Positions 1 to 55,952 are shown, counted from the stretch's first letter. The stretch is DNA of 64,000 nucleotides from Antedon mediterranea (GCF_964355755.1 NC_092677.1:22927175-22991174); one strand, 5' to 3'. Numbers and translations are program-made. Notes: generated by a model not told the origin, from the sequence alone.

Positions 1-71
<71 letters not shown>

Positions 72-108
72 TAATATATATATATATATATATACATTAA
101 TATATATA
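1..108. repeat. (TA)n microsatellite
   Basis: TA run with cattaa interruptions; a similar tract lies at 4882-5024. Confidence 0.97.
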
Positions 109-470
109 TTCTTTATATCAAACCAACAGTGTAAAACACCAATAACAGGTTGAAAATAAAAGCTAAACTATATATATTAATCTGTATATTTCTTTGTATT
201 ATACTTAGTTTTTTCCTGTTTGAAATTACTGAATCTTTGAGTCATAATGGTCGCATTTATGTTTTCCTTTTTTCATATCTGTTTCTACTGTTCTTATTCG
301 TGTTGATCAAATACATAAGCAATACATGTTGAGTACTTATTTTGATAAACTGTTTGTTTCTTTAAAAACACCTATCAAAAATGGAAAATAAGATTTCAGT
401 TCTGTTTCTTAACAAAGTATAAAATAAAACCAACAATAGCTTTAATTTGTAAAAATCTTTTTTTTTTCAG

Positions 471-42650
<42,180 letters not shown>

Positions 42651-44872
42651 GCAGGAGTCTGCTCTAACTAGGTATTTCTACCTTTTACTGACTTTGATTT
42701 GTAACATACTTACACAATCACAAAAGGCCCATTTACACTACGACAACAATGGTTGGCGATAAGTAGATAATATAATTTTTTTCTACATGAAACAAAAGAA
42801 ATCTAAAAAGTTTTCATAATAGAACTATATATAACCATCTATGCTGCCTTTGATAATCAAATGATAGTAGGCCTGTTAAGTGACCCAATCCTTCAAATTG
42901 TGATAACATTCTGAAACTTTGCACAGTTATTCATTAGGGTGTCAAAAATATGAAATGGAAGGGTTGCACAAAATTTGGTCAGGGGAAAGCCGCCATTTTG
43001 GATTTCAAAATGGCGGACCCAAATTGTTCACTTTTCAGGTATATCTCTGCTAAATAGGCACCTAGAGTTCTGAATTTAGGTGCAAATTATATGGTAATGG
43101 GGTCACCCAACATATTGGTATAACTAACATTTTAATTGCATGGCGGCCATTTTGGATTTCAAAATGGCGGACTTCAAATTTTCACTTTTTAGGTATTTCT
43201 CTGCTAAAGAGGCACCTAGAGTTCTGATTTTAGGTGCAAATTATATGGTAATGGGGTCACCAAACATACTGGTATAACTAACATTTTGATTCCATGGCGG
43301 CCATGTTGGATTTCAAAATGGCGGATTTCAAATTTCCATTTTTCAGGTATATCTCTGCTAAAAAGGCACCTAGAGTTCTGATTTTAGGTGCAAATTATAT
43401 GTTAATGGGGTCACCAAACATATTGGTATAACTAACATTTTGATTGCACGGCGGCCATTTTGGATTTCAAAATGGCGGACTTTAAATTTTCACTTTTCAG
43501 GTATCTCTGCTAAAAAGGTACACAGAGTTCTGATTTTAGGTGCCAATTATATGGTAATAGGTAACCAAACATATTGGTATTTAACTGACATTTTTATTGC
43601 ATGGCGGTCATTTTGAATTTCAAAATGGCGAACTCAAAATGTTTCAGTACGGTACCTACAGTTATAATTTTAGGTACAAAGTATAATATAGTATTGAGGT
43701 CAACAAACATATTAGTATAACGTCATTGATTGCATGGCGGCCATTTTGAATGTAGCTCAACCCGTACTGGCTTTACACTATTTGTTTATGTTCATAATTA
43801 CATGCATTTAACACGGACACTTATTGTAGGTCACATTTTCCCTGGCAACCACACAGCTCTGTACATCGTAAATCACTCTTTCTGCATTTACAGCATCCAA
43901 GATCACAGTCGGTGTGTCCAAAGCGAATTAAAACCTTTGTGACATCTGAAAGTTCTCCAAGATATGAACTCCAAGCTGGACTAAATTTGTTGCCGTCCTT
44001 CCTCTATCCCCAGTTCGCTAGGTCCTGTTCAACCCTGAATGCATCTAGACAGTCGTACCACTTCCTGGTTTCCATTTCACATGTTCTCTTAATGCCGCAG
44101 ATGTTGGGGGATATTTTCAATAGTCTTTCTCTTGTTGTAAAAAGATATCGTATTGCATCATTAAATGTTCTGCAGTAGACATAGTTACAACAAACTGTTC
44201 TAGATAATCTGTGTCTGTTTCACTAACATGCCCTACAGACAATGACATCCTCTCAAAAACTGGAGTCCTACATGGCATCTTTTTCTCGTTAAATGTAGCT
44301 TTACCTTTTCCTTAAACAGATGAAGTTCTATCACAACCGCTAATGGTATGAAAGAACAAGTAAGCGGCTGATGCTTGTGATCCAAGAGAAGAAGCAATCT
44401 CGTGTATTGGGATGTACTTCAAGTGCTTCCCCACTCCAAACTCAATCAGAAGCTCGTGGATGCCAGGTATTCTGTGGAAAGCTGACAACACTGTGTACAG
44501 TCTTGACAATGCGTGGAAAATTTCAGCGGCAAGTTTAACGTGAACAAACATACGTTCATCTGCCTCTTCTATGTTACATGGCATCAGCGATTGTATATTT
44601 ACTGGTTTGTTACAGCTCTGTCTCCCAAAGACCCTACAAACATTCCGTGATTTGTGCCAATGTTCTCTACTACTTCAGTTACAATAAATGAAAACAACTC
44701 TGATTTGTTGTCATCAAATCTAAAAAATGTGGTCCAATTGTTGGGCATGCTCCCGCTGGCTTTAACGACCCTCCTTACACCAGAAACGCGGTTGGAACGC
44801 ATACCAGACTTTAAACTGTCATTAAAGTATCTATCGAAAAACAAATCTAGTCGTGTCACTGATCGAAGTTGA

Positions 44873-45766
44873 CACAAATCACGGAATGTTTGTAGGGTCT
44901 CTAGGAGACAGAGCTGCAACAAACCAGACTGTAAATATACAACTGCTGATGCCATGTAACATAGAGGCAGATGAATGTATGTTTGTTCATGTTAAACATG
45001 CCGCTGAAATTTTTCCGCGCATTCTTGTCAAGACTGTAGACAGTGATGTTATTGTTATTGCATTGTCAGCTTTCCACAGAATACCTAGGATCCACGAGCT
45101 TTGGATCGAGTTTGGAGTGGGGAAGCACATCCCAATACACGAGATTGTTTCTTCTCTTGGACCACAAGCATCAGCCGCTTACTTGTTCTTTCATTCCTTT
45201 AGCGGTTGTGAATGTGATACAACTTCATCTGTTCAAGGAAAAGGTAAAGCTACATTTAACAAGACTTGGAAAAAGATGCCATGAATGACTTCAGTTTTCG
45301 ATAGGATGTCATTGTCTGTAAGGTAAAGTGTCGAGACCTAAGCTAAATGATAATGGCTGTGGTGCCCATCTCCATTTCTTTAGCGTTTGAGCCAGACTCC
45401 ACTAAGTGTGTATGTTTGTGGGGGTACGCCACTCCTCCCGCACAAACGAGTCTGATTTACCTTCCCAGTACTTTTTACATACCGGTACCCATTTCTATCA
45501 TCTGGGTGGGGAGAAACAATGTGGATAAAGAATCTTGCTTAAGGACTCAACACTGCAGTGACCGACCGGGCTTGAACCAGCAACCTCTTGATTGCAAGTC
45601 CAATGCTCTAACCACTGCGCCACAGTGCTCCACACTCTCGGATGTCACAAAGGTTTTAATTCGCTGTGGACACACCGACTGTGATCTTGGACGCTGTAAA
45701 TGCAGAAAGAGTGATTTACGATGTACAGAGCTGTGTGGTTGCCAGGGAAAATGTGACCTACAATAA
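44873..45766 (+). pseudogene. Academ protein C-terminal fragment (XPG-like nuclease plus Cys-rich zinc finger); mirror copy on the - strand at about 43823-44870
   Basis: ORF 44853-45284 and the tail of ORF 45347-45766 (CGHTDCDLGRCKCRKSDLRCTELCGC). Confidence 0.8.
45319..45633 (-). mobile_element. tRNA-derived SINE
   Basis: A box TGGCGCAGTGG, B box GGTTCAAGCCC, then a gtccttaagcaag conserved-domain-like body and a tttacctta tail. Confidence 0.85.
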
Positions 45767-47812
45767 GTATCCATGTTAAATGCATGTAACTATAAACATA
45801 AACAAATAGTGTAAAGCCAGTACAGTTTGAGCTACGTTCAAAATGGCCGCCGGCGGCAATGCAATCAAAGACGTTATACCAATATGTTTGGTGACCCATT
45901 ACCATATAATTTGCACCTAAAATCAGAACTCTAGGTGGCTTTTTAGCAGAGATATACCTGAAAAGTGAAAATTTGAAGTCCGCCATTTTGAAATCCAACA
46001 TGGCCGCCATGCAATCAAAATGTTAGTTATACCAATATGTTTGGTGACCCCATTACTATATAATTTGCACCTAAAATCAGAACTCTAGGTGCCTTTTTAG
46101 CAGAGATATACCTGAAAAGTGAAAATTTGGGGTCCGCCATTTTGAAATCAAACATGGCCGCCATGCAATCAAAATGTTAGTTATACCAATATGTTTGGTG
46201 ACCCCACTACCATATAATTTGCACCTAAAATCAGAACTCTAGGTGCCTTTTTAGCAGAGATATACCTGAAAAGTGAAAATTTGGGGTCCGCCATTTTGAA
46301 ATCAAACATGGCCGCCATGCAATCAAAATGTTAGTTATACCAATATGTTTGGTGACCCCACTACCATATAATTTGCACCTAAAATCAGAACTCTAGGTGC
46401 CTTTTTAGCAGAGATATACCTGAAAAGTGAAAATTTAGGGTCCGCCATTTTGAAATCCAAAATGGCGGCTTTCCCCTGACCAAATTTTGTGCAACCCTTC
46501 CATTTCATGTTTTTGACACCCTAATGAATAACTGTGCAAAGTTTCAAAATATTATCACAATTTGAAGGATTTGCCTAAAATATGCACCTTAACATGCCTA
46601 CTATGACGTCATGATTAGTAGCAGCAGTATATTGTTCTTATTGATGAACATGATCCATTAATACAATACAATACAAGTTTAGAATATTCCTATTCAGACC
46701 ATAATTTGTAAAACTAACTCAAAAGAAACAATGAATTGAATTTTTTGAATGAATTTTGTCAACCAGGATTTTTCTCATGGCAAAAACATTTGTTATTAAA
46801 AATACATAAATTGTTTATTTGTTAACAAAAATATTATCTTATTTGTTTCAGTACCAGAACCACCTAATTATAATGTTGTAGTTGGATGTGTAGCCATGTG
46901 CCTTCACTATAAGTTTTAATAGTGCCCACACTTATGATTTCAAGCCAATTGGAGAAGATCCTATCTTTTTATGATTTTTATCATTCATCATGAATAACTT
47001 ATAATTTCTTTTGATTATTGACCATAATTTTGTTATCATTAAATAATAATAAAATAATCCATTCGTGATAGTGTTAAAACAATAACACTGTTTTATTTAA
47101 AACAGTGCAATTTAAAGTTTCTTTATACAACAAAAAACCTTGAATTTTAAAAATATCATGGACTGATGATTTTTATCAGGTGTAAGACTACAACATTTGA
47201 TTTTTATTTTTTTTAAATGTTTTGGGGACAATATACTTATCACATCATAATCATTCTTAGGCAATAGTTTATCTCTTATAAAACATTCAAAAGTGTTTAA
47301 ATTTTAGTTTTGAGTATGTATGTAGCATATAATTATTATATAGTTTATATAAATATATATGAAATATCATTTATCATAACCAGGAGAAGAATTTTGTTGA
47401 TAAATTTGAATTGTGTATTGATGTTTTTACTGCTGCAAAAGAAAATGTTATTGTATATATAAACATATTGTTGGATTCCAAGATCTATTTTAAATTGAGA
47501 GGTACTATATGTCAACAGATTTTTTTTTATAGTTGTTACATAATATTTTGTAATTGTTTTTTTTATGTATCATATGGAAATAAAAGTTGAAGTGAATTAC
47601 ATATACAAACAATTATTTTAACTCTTGTAACTTACTTTTTTGTTGTTGTTGATATTTTATATTAAGTATTAATAGACATACTTTAATTAATGAAAATTGT
47701 CTTCCTTAAAGTAATTTAAAATACTTTGAAATTTGTGATAGAATAATAATGGTAGTTTAATACAATGTTTCTAAGCGTTTTACACACAAAAATGATCCAT
47801 AAAATATCTTAA

Positions 47813-48309
47813 AGATGTATTGTTCTTTGACAATTCCAACAAAATAAAAACTAAAAAATTTCGAAAAAAAGTGGGTCATTTTGAAGTATCATAATAGTTA
47901 TTAACTTTCACCAAAAATTAGTGGAAAAAAAAATCATTTAACTGAAATACAGACGTTTTTTTGTTTAAAACATATCTCATATGCAACGTGCTTGTTTGGC
48001 TACTCTGTATGCATAAATGATCATGAAACTTCCTTGCGATCTGTGTGAGAACACCTTCTCAACCGTGATGAGTTGTAAACAATCCTAATTAGCATCATGC
48101 ATAATGGTTTGGTTTGAAAATCTTTGTTTATTTTTGCTCGCAGACAAAATGTAATCAAATTAATTTACCTGTTAATTATGTAAATTGTTTGTTTTTGGCT
48201 CGAATTTTTGACTTAAAGTGAATAACTTTAATATTACTTTGATATGGCCAATTTAAATTTTTGAATATTTTGACCTTCATTTTTTTGTGTTTCAAGGGAC
48301 AATACATCT
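47813..48309. mobile_element. MITE with TTAA TSD (Kolobok-like)
   Basis: ttaa|agatgtattgt ... acaatacatct|ttaa. Confidence 0.75.
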
Positions 48310-48479
48310 TTAAAATAACCAAAAAATGAAGAAAAGCAGATTGAACCATTTACACCGATTCGTTCTCCAGCACTTTGAAGCACCTATATGAGACACCCAT
48401 ATGAGAGCTCGCCGGAACAGTATTCACAGGAGCTCGAGTGAAAAAGGCATATGTCTTCCTAACAAAATAAGAAGCATGG

Positions 48480-49290
48480 AATTGCATGAATCCAACCTTG
48501 ATATTATGTAGGCCTAACCCTCAGTACTTTTGTTGTTGAGATGTTTCCTAAAACTACCAATCTTGGAAATAAAACCATACACGAGTCTAACGTGACTCCC
48601 AGGCTCTTTACCTCAGACTTCACCATTTCTTTGATTGGAAGAGACTTTGGAAAAATTTGATTGAAAATGAATACAGTAATATCAGTTTGGATTCGTTCAA
48701 AGCCAGAAAGTTTGAAGACTCACAAATTTTGTCAATGCATGATGATATCTTTTCAATTTCTATATCTTTGTCGACACTCATAAATGTATAATGGAGTTAA
48801 AAATCATCTGCATACAACAGGACACTGCATCCATGATTGTGGTTGTATTGGCCTCTTCAAAAGGAGAAATGTAGCACAGGATATACAATAGCGGTCCAAG
48901 TACTACAGAACCTTGGGGAACACGTAAAGGACAGTGCCTATACTGAGACGATGAATCCCGAATAGTTACGGAGAACCGACGATCATATAAGTACGATCTA
49001 AATTAATCTAAGACCGTGTCACTCCGAAAAGGTGATAGACAGCTCAAGAGTACGCTGTGGTCAACAGTATCAAATGCACTACAAAAATCAAGAATTGCTA
49101 GCAGGACTTCCTGTTGATTATCGAGAGCTTGCGTGATGTCATTGAGCAATCGAATAAGTGCAGTTTCAATACTATGACCCTTATGGTATGATGGAAAAGT
49201 TTGTGTTGAAAGATATGATTTGAAAGCTGTAATGAAACAATTCTTTCAGGAGACTTTGAGAGAAAAGGTATGTTTGATGATATAGGTCTG
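48480..49290 (-). mobile_element. Degraded L2/CR1-group RT core
   Basis: Frameshifted ETAL..LLNDI, SAFDTVDH, VPQGSV.LGPLL and YADD (about 48803-48814). Confidence 0.8.
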
Positions 49291-50020
49291 TATAGGTCTA
49301 AGAAAAGCAGTTATGGTCAAGACCATACTTTTACAATATAAGATAATAATATTAGGTAATATTGTTTGATAGAAGATGAATATCAATATGCTTTACCTTG
49401 CCCAATGCGGAATCTTCTTTGACGATGATTTAGATGATTCATGGGAAGGATTATTTAATTGTAGGCCTATTTGTAATGCTGTAATACGTGATTGTGTGCA
49501 ACAAAAAGATGAAAAATCCCTGGGTTAATGATGATAATTAGGAAAATTATAGCTATGAAAACGTAGATTATTTGAGAAGGCAAGCCCGGTACCACTCTTG
49601 CATGGGAGATGTACAAAGTGGTTCGTAATGTTGTCAAACAGTTATGCCAGCAATCTATATGTGAACCATTTGTTCACGAATGACAATACAAAAAAAGGTT
49701 CACCGACTCAAACATTAACAGATCTCTCATCTGTCATCTGATCACTTTTTTTTATGTAAACCCTTTCTTTCACTGGTAAGGCCGATTTGCAGATGCGAAA
49801 AGAACAATATATAATATAGGAATATATAATAAGGGAAGGCGACATGGGAGAGAAAAGCCCCACCCGACTTCAAGCAACAACAGTATTGAGATCATCCTGA
49901 AGTTCCATAGAATCATAATAGGAACCAATAACATGAAAAAAGCTTCAGGTCATCGGCATACATACTGTAAGAATATGTGTGTGTGACAACATTAGGAAGT
50001 TCATTAACAAACACATGTGT

Positions 50021-52490
50021 GAAAACTCAGATATTCAAAATTTCTAGACCTAGAAAACTCAGATATCTGGCTTTTCTAGATCTAGAAAACTTAGATATCA
50101 ATATCTGAGTTTTCTAGTTCCAATCATTTGAATCATTCCATTATTAATCGAAGGGTAGGTCATTTGAAATACTAGAGTATTATTGATTACTGTGTACGTT
50201 TTCGTACTAATATTGTAAAATGTAGAAGCGGCCTACCGCTTAAATCATTAAAATGTGCGCTTAAAAATTAGGCATGGTTGGTGTGGGTATGAGTTGGTTG
50301 AGGTACGAGTTATTTTGGGTACGATTTGACCACTTCTAGCCTAGTAGGGCCAGGCCTACTCTTCGCGATACATCGCGATAGTGCCCGCACGTTGAGCCTT
50401 AAATTGATTTTGCTTAGCTATGCTAGGCCTAAATTCTAAGCCTACATTTTAAATACTGTATTTCTTTATGAATTAATTTGTAGGCCGCTACTACAAGTTA
50501 CAATAATTATTAACACTAAAGGGTGAGCTCGCTTCGCTCGCTTCCCCTCTAGGAAGTGTAGACGATGGTTCTCGGAATGATAATGTTCTCCTTATACGTT
50601 TTCTGTTGGTTACCATTATTGAAAATGCTTGACATTTGTAAAACTAAACTACTTTGTTTCACAGTGTTTTAGATGATTAATAACATTTTAAAGTATAGTT
50701 TTTATTGTTTGGTAGGGCCCTTTGGGGAGGCGGAGGTCATTTGAGGGAGGTGCTTATTCGAGGGATATATGTTAAATTTTGTAGTTTTAATAATATGGTA
50801 ACATTAATAATCAAATGAAATCCTCTAATAGATATGAAAAGTGGTAAAAAAGAATAACAAATGCTTGGTAAATTGTAGATAACAGTGCGGTGAATTCTAC
50901 TACAAATAGTATAATTGTGTTATTATAAATATGTGGATGGACGTTTATTAGATAGTTGGGTTGGGGGGGGGGGGGTTATTATTGAAAGTGATGTTTTATT
51001 GGAGAGGCGTTTATTCAAATGAATACCATCCTAATAATTATTAATACATTATTTAATTTAATCATCTTTTGAAACTAACTGCCGTGACAGAGTGGGCCCA
51101 AGAAAGAAGACATTACGGCTTGCAACATGGGCAGACATCTCGGTCCTAACGGGACACAGGAAGATAGCCTACAGTTATTCCTGCAAGCTTACTCAATAAA
51201 ACTCAGCTATCAGGATTTCACTCGAAAAATGTCTTATCAAATCTCCCTATGTAATTTTATAATACCACAATATATTCTGATTCTTTATGACGTATATTTA
51301 ATTTGATCTTTATTAATTTGCAGTATAATTTCTATTATTTAGCTACTGTACCTTCACACACGCGCGGTTTTAAAATAAACAAAAAACTGAAATGGCATGA
51401 CTAATGGCCAACTTAAGCTCCAGTCCTACTATCTGATTTTTTTTTCGTCTTCCAAAGGGACACTGTATTGATTGATGGAAAGTGCCTGTTTCCAGTCACC
51501 TTTAGGGTCAAATCTATTATTTTAACTGCTCCCTTGTGTATAAAAGAGAGAAAATATTTTAAACCAGGTTGTTGCAAGGTGAACTTATCTTAAACCCGGA
51601 AATCTGGGAAGAATTGAAATTGAGATGAAAATCTAATGTTGAAATCATAAATTTTGTTAAAAAACTCTTTATAATATCTTCCTAAGATAGAAATATGGAA
51701 CAATAGCGTCGATGTGAACACTAATGTTATCAAATCTACGTTTCGCGGTACATCTCAGATAGATAAGGTAGGTATCCAAGGCGGAAATTTGTACCGAAGT
51801 TTTTGCATTGTGCTCGCCTATGTCAGAATTAACCATAATTACCTCCGCCAAGGAGGTTATGTTTTCACCCCTGTGTGTGTGTCTGTGAACAGCCTGGAGG
51901 CCACAGTTTTTATCAGATTCTCACCAAACTTAGCCACAATGATCAATGACTCATCATATAATTGTGGTTACATTTTGAAGGGTCAGGGTTAAAGATCAAG
52001 GTCCACAAAAAAAAAAAAAAAAATACTAAAACAAAAAAAACCTCAGCCGGACTTGAACCAGGGACCTCAACTGTGAGTGGCTGGATACATAACCATTACA
52101 CCAAAGTCTCATCCACTACTTTCTAGTGTGCAGTTAGCCTATTTACACTTTAGAACTACGGTAATAAAAAAAATGTAAAAAAAAAACATTTTCTGTAGGG
52201 GAATTTTACAGTAGGCGGAGGTTTGTACTCTCGGAGTACCCTCTAGTTTATATAATAGATTAGTAAGAAAATGTATAATAGTTAATACTGTAGTATTTCA
52301 AACAAGCTACCCTCTGATTTATAATGGAACGATCCATTTGATATCTGAGTTTTCTTGTTCCATTCTGGAACTAGAAAAGTCAGATCTGAGTTTTTTAGAT
52401 TTCTAGATACTGTATAAGAAACTCAGATATCTGAGTTTTCTAGATCTAGAAAAGTCAGATATATTTAAGATCTGAGTTTTCTAGACACCC
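50021..52490. mobile_element. Element bounded by inverted arrays of ctagaaaactcagatat, with nested repeats
   Basis: Arrays at 50021-50120 and 52338-52485 in opposite net orientation. Confidence 0.5.
51838..52247 (+). mobile_element. Helentron-associated (DINE/HINE-like) non-autonomous element
   Basis: 5' ttacctccgccaaggaggt hairpin, (gt)n, 3' sub-TIR ggcggaggt, hairpin gtactc-tcg-gagtac, then ctagtt. Confidence 0.7.
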
Positions 52491-52793
52491 GTAAAAATGT
52501 TGTCAAAGAGGATACGTTTACATTTAACATTTTAGATAGACAGGGAATCGGAGAAATAGGTCAGTAATTGGTGTTTCAAGATTACGAGAACCTCATTTAA
52601 AAATAGGACAGACGTTAGCTTGCTTCCAAAGTTCAGTAAATTTTTCAAAAAAAATATGGATGTAATGCCACTTTTTGAAATATTCACCTCACCTTAAAAA
52701 ATGTATTTAACACTGTACACAATTTCAATAACAAATTAACAGTGATTTTTATTTTCTTGTTTTATCTACATTTTTCAAAATGCGCTATTAATG

Positions 52794-53363
52794 TCAGAAT
52801 TTATCAAAACCCATTAGATGATTAAAATCACTCGGAAGAACAAACCTATAAGGCTGATAAAACATAGGATAGTCTTTAGCACGAAGTGTGGTAAGGTTGA
52901 AAAATAAATTTTTTTTACTAGGTACCACATCATTGCTGTGAAAGTGAATTTTCTTTTCAAGCAAAAACGGTGTGAAAACGTGAGCAACATAAGTATCTTT
53001 GGAAGAGTTGTGGTACAGCTTCAATACAACTCTCTTAGTAAATATGCGACTCGTTGTAGGTATCACTAATGTGGAAATTGTAATTCCAGCTACATTTGCA
53101 AATGTCTCAAAATTAAATGAAGTATGTTCAAGAGTACCGAGTATAATGTCTGGTGCAAGATACAATCCTAAACATGCAGTACCATAAAAGAAAACGTTGG
53201 ATAATCTCAGGAAAAGCCCTGATCTGAATTTATAGATTAAACGATCAACATTTTCCTTTTTAACAAGCCTGTCTTTAAAATATTCGCTTGTAGGATCACT
53301 CCATCTGTCCTTCAAGGCAGCACATGTAGCAATTGTTTTATGTGTTGAATTCAAATTGGAAAT
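52794..53363 (-). CDS. TMEM70: TMEM70-like mitochondrial inner-membrane assembly factor, main (last) coding exon
   Basis: RLIY, two TM helices, TKRVVLKLYH..DTY, FHSNDV, TTLRAK and HLMGFDK parallel TMEM70 (TKGYVIRLYH..DTY, FHQNDV, TTFYAK, HLMGYDK); tttttcag acceptor at 53364-53366; AATAAA about 45 nt after the stop. Confidence 0.82.
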   Translation of the reverse strand: MSNLNSTHKTIATCAALKDRWSDPTSEYFKDRLVKKENVDRLIYKFRSGLFLRLSNVFFYGTACLGLYLAPDIILGTLEHTSFNFETFANVAGITISTLVIPTTSRIFTKRVVLKLYHNSSKDTYVAHVFTPFLLEKKIHFHSNDVVPSKKNLFFNLTTLRAKDYPMFYQPYRFVLPSDFNHLMGFDKF

Positions 53364-53582
53364 CTGAAAAAGAACAACAAAACACAAAAAGAATTATAAG
53401 AAAGGAACCATTTAACATGAAGCAAGACAAAATGTTATGATTGCAGTGATTTGAATTCATAGAACTACATTAGGTGTACTGTTAGTTGCATCTGATATGT
53501 CTAACATTTTCAGTGAAAAAAAATTAATGTGTATAATTGCAGAAGTATAGTTGCATCTGAATGTGTGTAGTGTTGTATTACA

Positions 53583-53767
53583 GGTATAGTATTCAAATAT
53601 TGACTGGGCTGAGGGGCATGGTAAAAATATAGCCCAAGGTGATCTGCAGACTATACTATATCCCTAGATGAAGTCGAGGGATATAGCATGTCTCCAGATC
53701 ACCAAGGGCTATATTTTTTACCGTGCCCCGATTAAAGCCCAGTAAATATTTGTTTTATATACCATAC
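53583..53767. repeat. Imperfect palindrome of about 185 bp (MITE/Crypton-like)
   Basis: Arms aaatattgactgggct..ggtaaaaatatagccc..ggtgatctg and their inverses centre near 53670. Confidence 0.75.
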
Positions 53768-54539
53768 CAATTTGGCTAAGCTGAAGCAAACGCAAACATG
53801 GACTTGGTTGGAGTAGGCCTAGTTAGTGGCACAGTTTCGCTGCCAAGAAGCAAACAAGAAAGGCCTGCATTTGATAGTTCAACATACAGACTTATGTAGT
53901 ATTCAAGAATTTGAATATAGAAATTACAGAATGTGTCGTGCATCTGAATGTCTATAGAACGTTTCCGTTTTATGTAAAATTGTTTCTACCAAAATACTAT
54001 TAATGATCTCACCAGTTTGGCTGCTTGAAAACTTGAGTAGCAACAATTGGTAGATCTTGAAATACTACATAATGTATTTAAACTGGAAGCTAAATACATC
54101 TTTATTGGTATAATAACATTACTTCCCTTCCTGGTTGTCCAAAATCTCTAGAAGAGAAATTATTTGTTTTTGGAGGATTAACACATTTTCATTGACAATT
54201 AATAAAATAAAAAATAATTGTATACTTCCCTTGCATTTTTATTGCTTTTATAAAAGACCTGATTGTGGTCATACTAATCTACTCCTGGTATCACCCGGGA
54301 GGGTTTTTATGATAACAAAATGATATCAAGTACATGTTTTACTGACATGCTCTAAAATATTAGAAAATTTATTTAAACTTATATATATTTTTCTTTGCAG
54401 AAACAAATTTAAATCAGTTAGAATATTGTTAAACTTTTCATTCTAAAACATTTCAATAGTCAGCTTCTTCATCACAAAACATTTTTAAAAAAGTAAACAA
54501 TATTATGAAAGACCCCACTCATCCGTTACATTACTGTTA

Positions 54540-55952
54540 TCTATATTATAAGTGACAGAGTTTGTCTGTCTGTTTGTCTGTTTGTTTGTTCGTTATACAA
54601 CATTTTGTTACTGCACATAATCTTACATATGGGGTATCAAAATGACCGCAATTGTACCGGGAATGTTCTAAGCTATATTTCAACATCATCCGCCACCTAG
54701 GATCCAAGTTAGGGACCAAAATGTGGTCAAAACCCCCACTTTCGATGTTTGTTCGTTATACAAATTTCTGTTTCTGCACGTAACCATACGTATTGGGTAT
54801 CAAAATGATGGAAATTGTACCCGGAAGGTTTTAAACTACATTTTAAAAAATTCCCCCCGACTCCTGGGGTTTTTGTGGGAGGGGTGGGAGGGGTGGGGGG
54901 GGGTTTGTGGTGTGGTGGTTTGTGATGTCATTTTTGCTAGGGCTCGGGGTTGTAGGCTATCGAATTGTAAAATATATACTACAAAAGTTTTACAGTATTT
55001 TAATTATCCTCAGGAAGGCATTTGGGGAAATATAGATATAGATATACATATTTTATTCATTAACCAATATGACACCTATTCAATTACACATTTAGCAAAG
55101 TACTTTAACCATATCCAGCTATGTATCGGTCTCTTGGATTTTCTCATTACAGACATCCATTCCTGTGTGAACATACACAGTACAAGTACATCACGATGCC
55201 TCCAAGAAAAAAACTTGGGGTTGGGAGTTGTGGTTCAGGGGATAGTGGGGGTTTTGCTTAGACTAGAATTGTGTTTGGAAAATGTTAAAGTATTTAATTA
55301 TTCCTGGGAAGCGGCTGGGAGTTTGGGGTGGGGATGTAGGCCTATCACCATGACCGAAACTGTATTTGGAATGTTTTAAACTACATTTGAAAACTGCCAC
55401 TGAGGGATTATGGGTTGGGAGTGATAATAACATAATTTGTACTGGAACCGTCTTCAACACATCACCCAGTGTATCTGGGGTGTGTTTGTAGGGGGGGGGG
55501 GGGGGGTGGAAGAGCGAAAATACTGGCGTAATGAAGTAGCCTATATGCTTGGAATTGCACTAGGAAAAGTTACTATATTTGAACTGTCTAGGGGAGGAGT
55601 TAAGGTTTGTTGATTGTGGCTGGGGTGGTGAGAGGAGAAAGAAGGCTGGGGGCCCGCAGTATCTAAATTAGATATTTTAATTATCAGCCAATATGACACC
55701 TATTCATTTACACAATTTACAACGTACTTCAACCATTATTAGACCCATCATAAGTATGTATACTCCTCTCAATTTGAAGCTTACGTTGAATTGAATTTGT
55801 CCATCACTGGGAAGAATTTGTTTTTGAAAAAGAGTATGGGGTGGTATTGAAGAAGGGTGGAGGTTGGTGAGTATAGACAGATACTGGCGTCGGGTGTTGA
55901 GAAGGCTTTAAACTAATTTTGAAACCCGCTCTGGGGCGGGTATAATTGCTAG
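54540..55952 (+). mobile_element. Non-autonomous Helitron
   Basis: a|TC 5' end; (tgtc/tgtt)n; 3' hairpin acccgctc-tg-gggcgggt (55924-55941); CTAG|t. Confidence 0.82.

Larger units (their letters stand above)
42865..46603. mobile_element. Palindromic Academ DNA transposon derivative
   Basis: TAGTAGGC..GCCTACTA termini; TSD TGA; about 154-bp subterminal tandem units on both arms; XPG-like motifs (EEADERMFVH, TVDSDV, SGCDTTSS, GKGK) and a Cys-rich C-terminus on both strands. Confidence 0.85.

Noticed and set aside
44853-45284. Host XPG/FEN1 nuclease gene
   Set aside because: It is fragmentary, mirrored, and enclosed by Academ termini and a TSD.
45555-45633. tRNA-Cys gene (also the tRNA-like piece at about 52040-52105)
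   Set aside because: A and B boxes are present, but the acceptor stem does not close and the sequence runs straight into a SINE body.
54723-55379. 218-aa ORF as a gene
   Set aside because: It lies within a non-autonomous Helitron, includes G-rich low-complexity sequence, and has no Rep/helicase or other motif.
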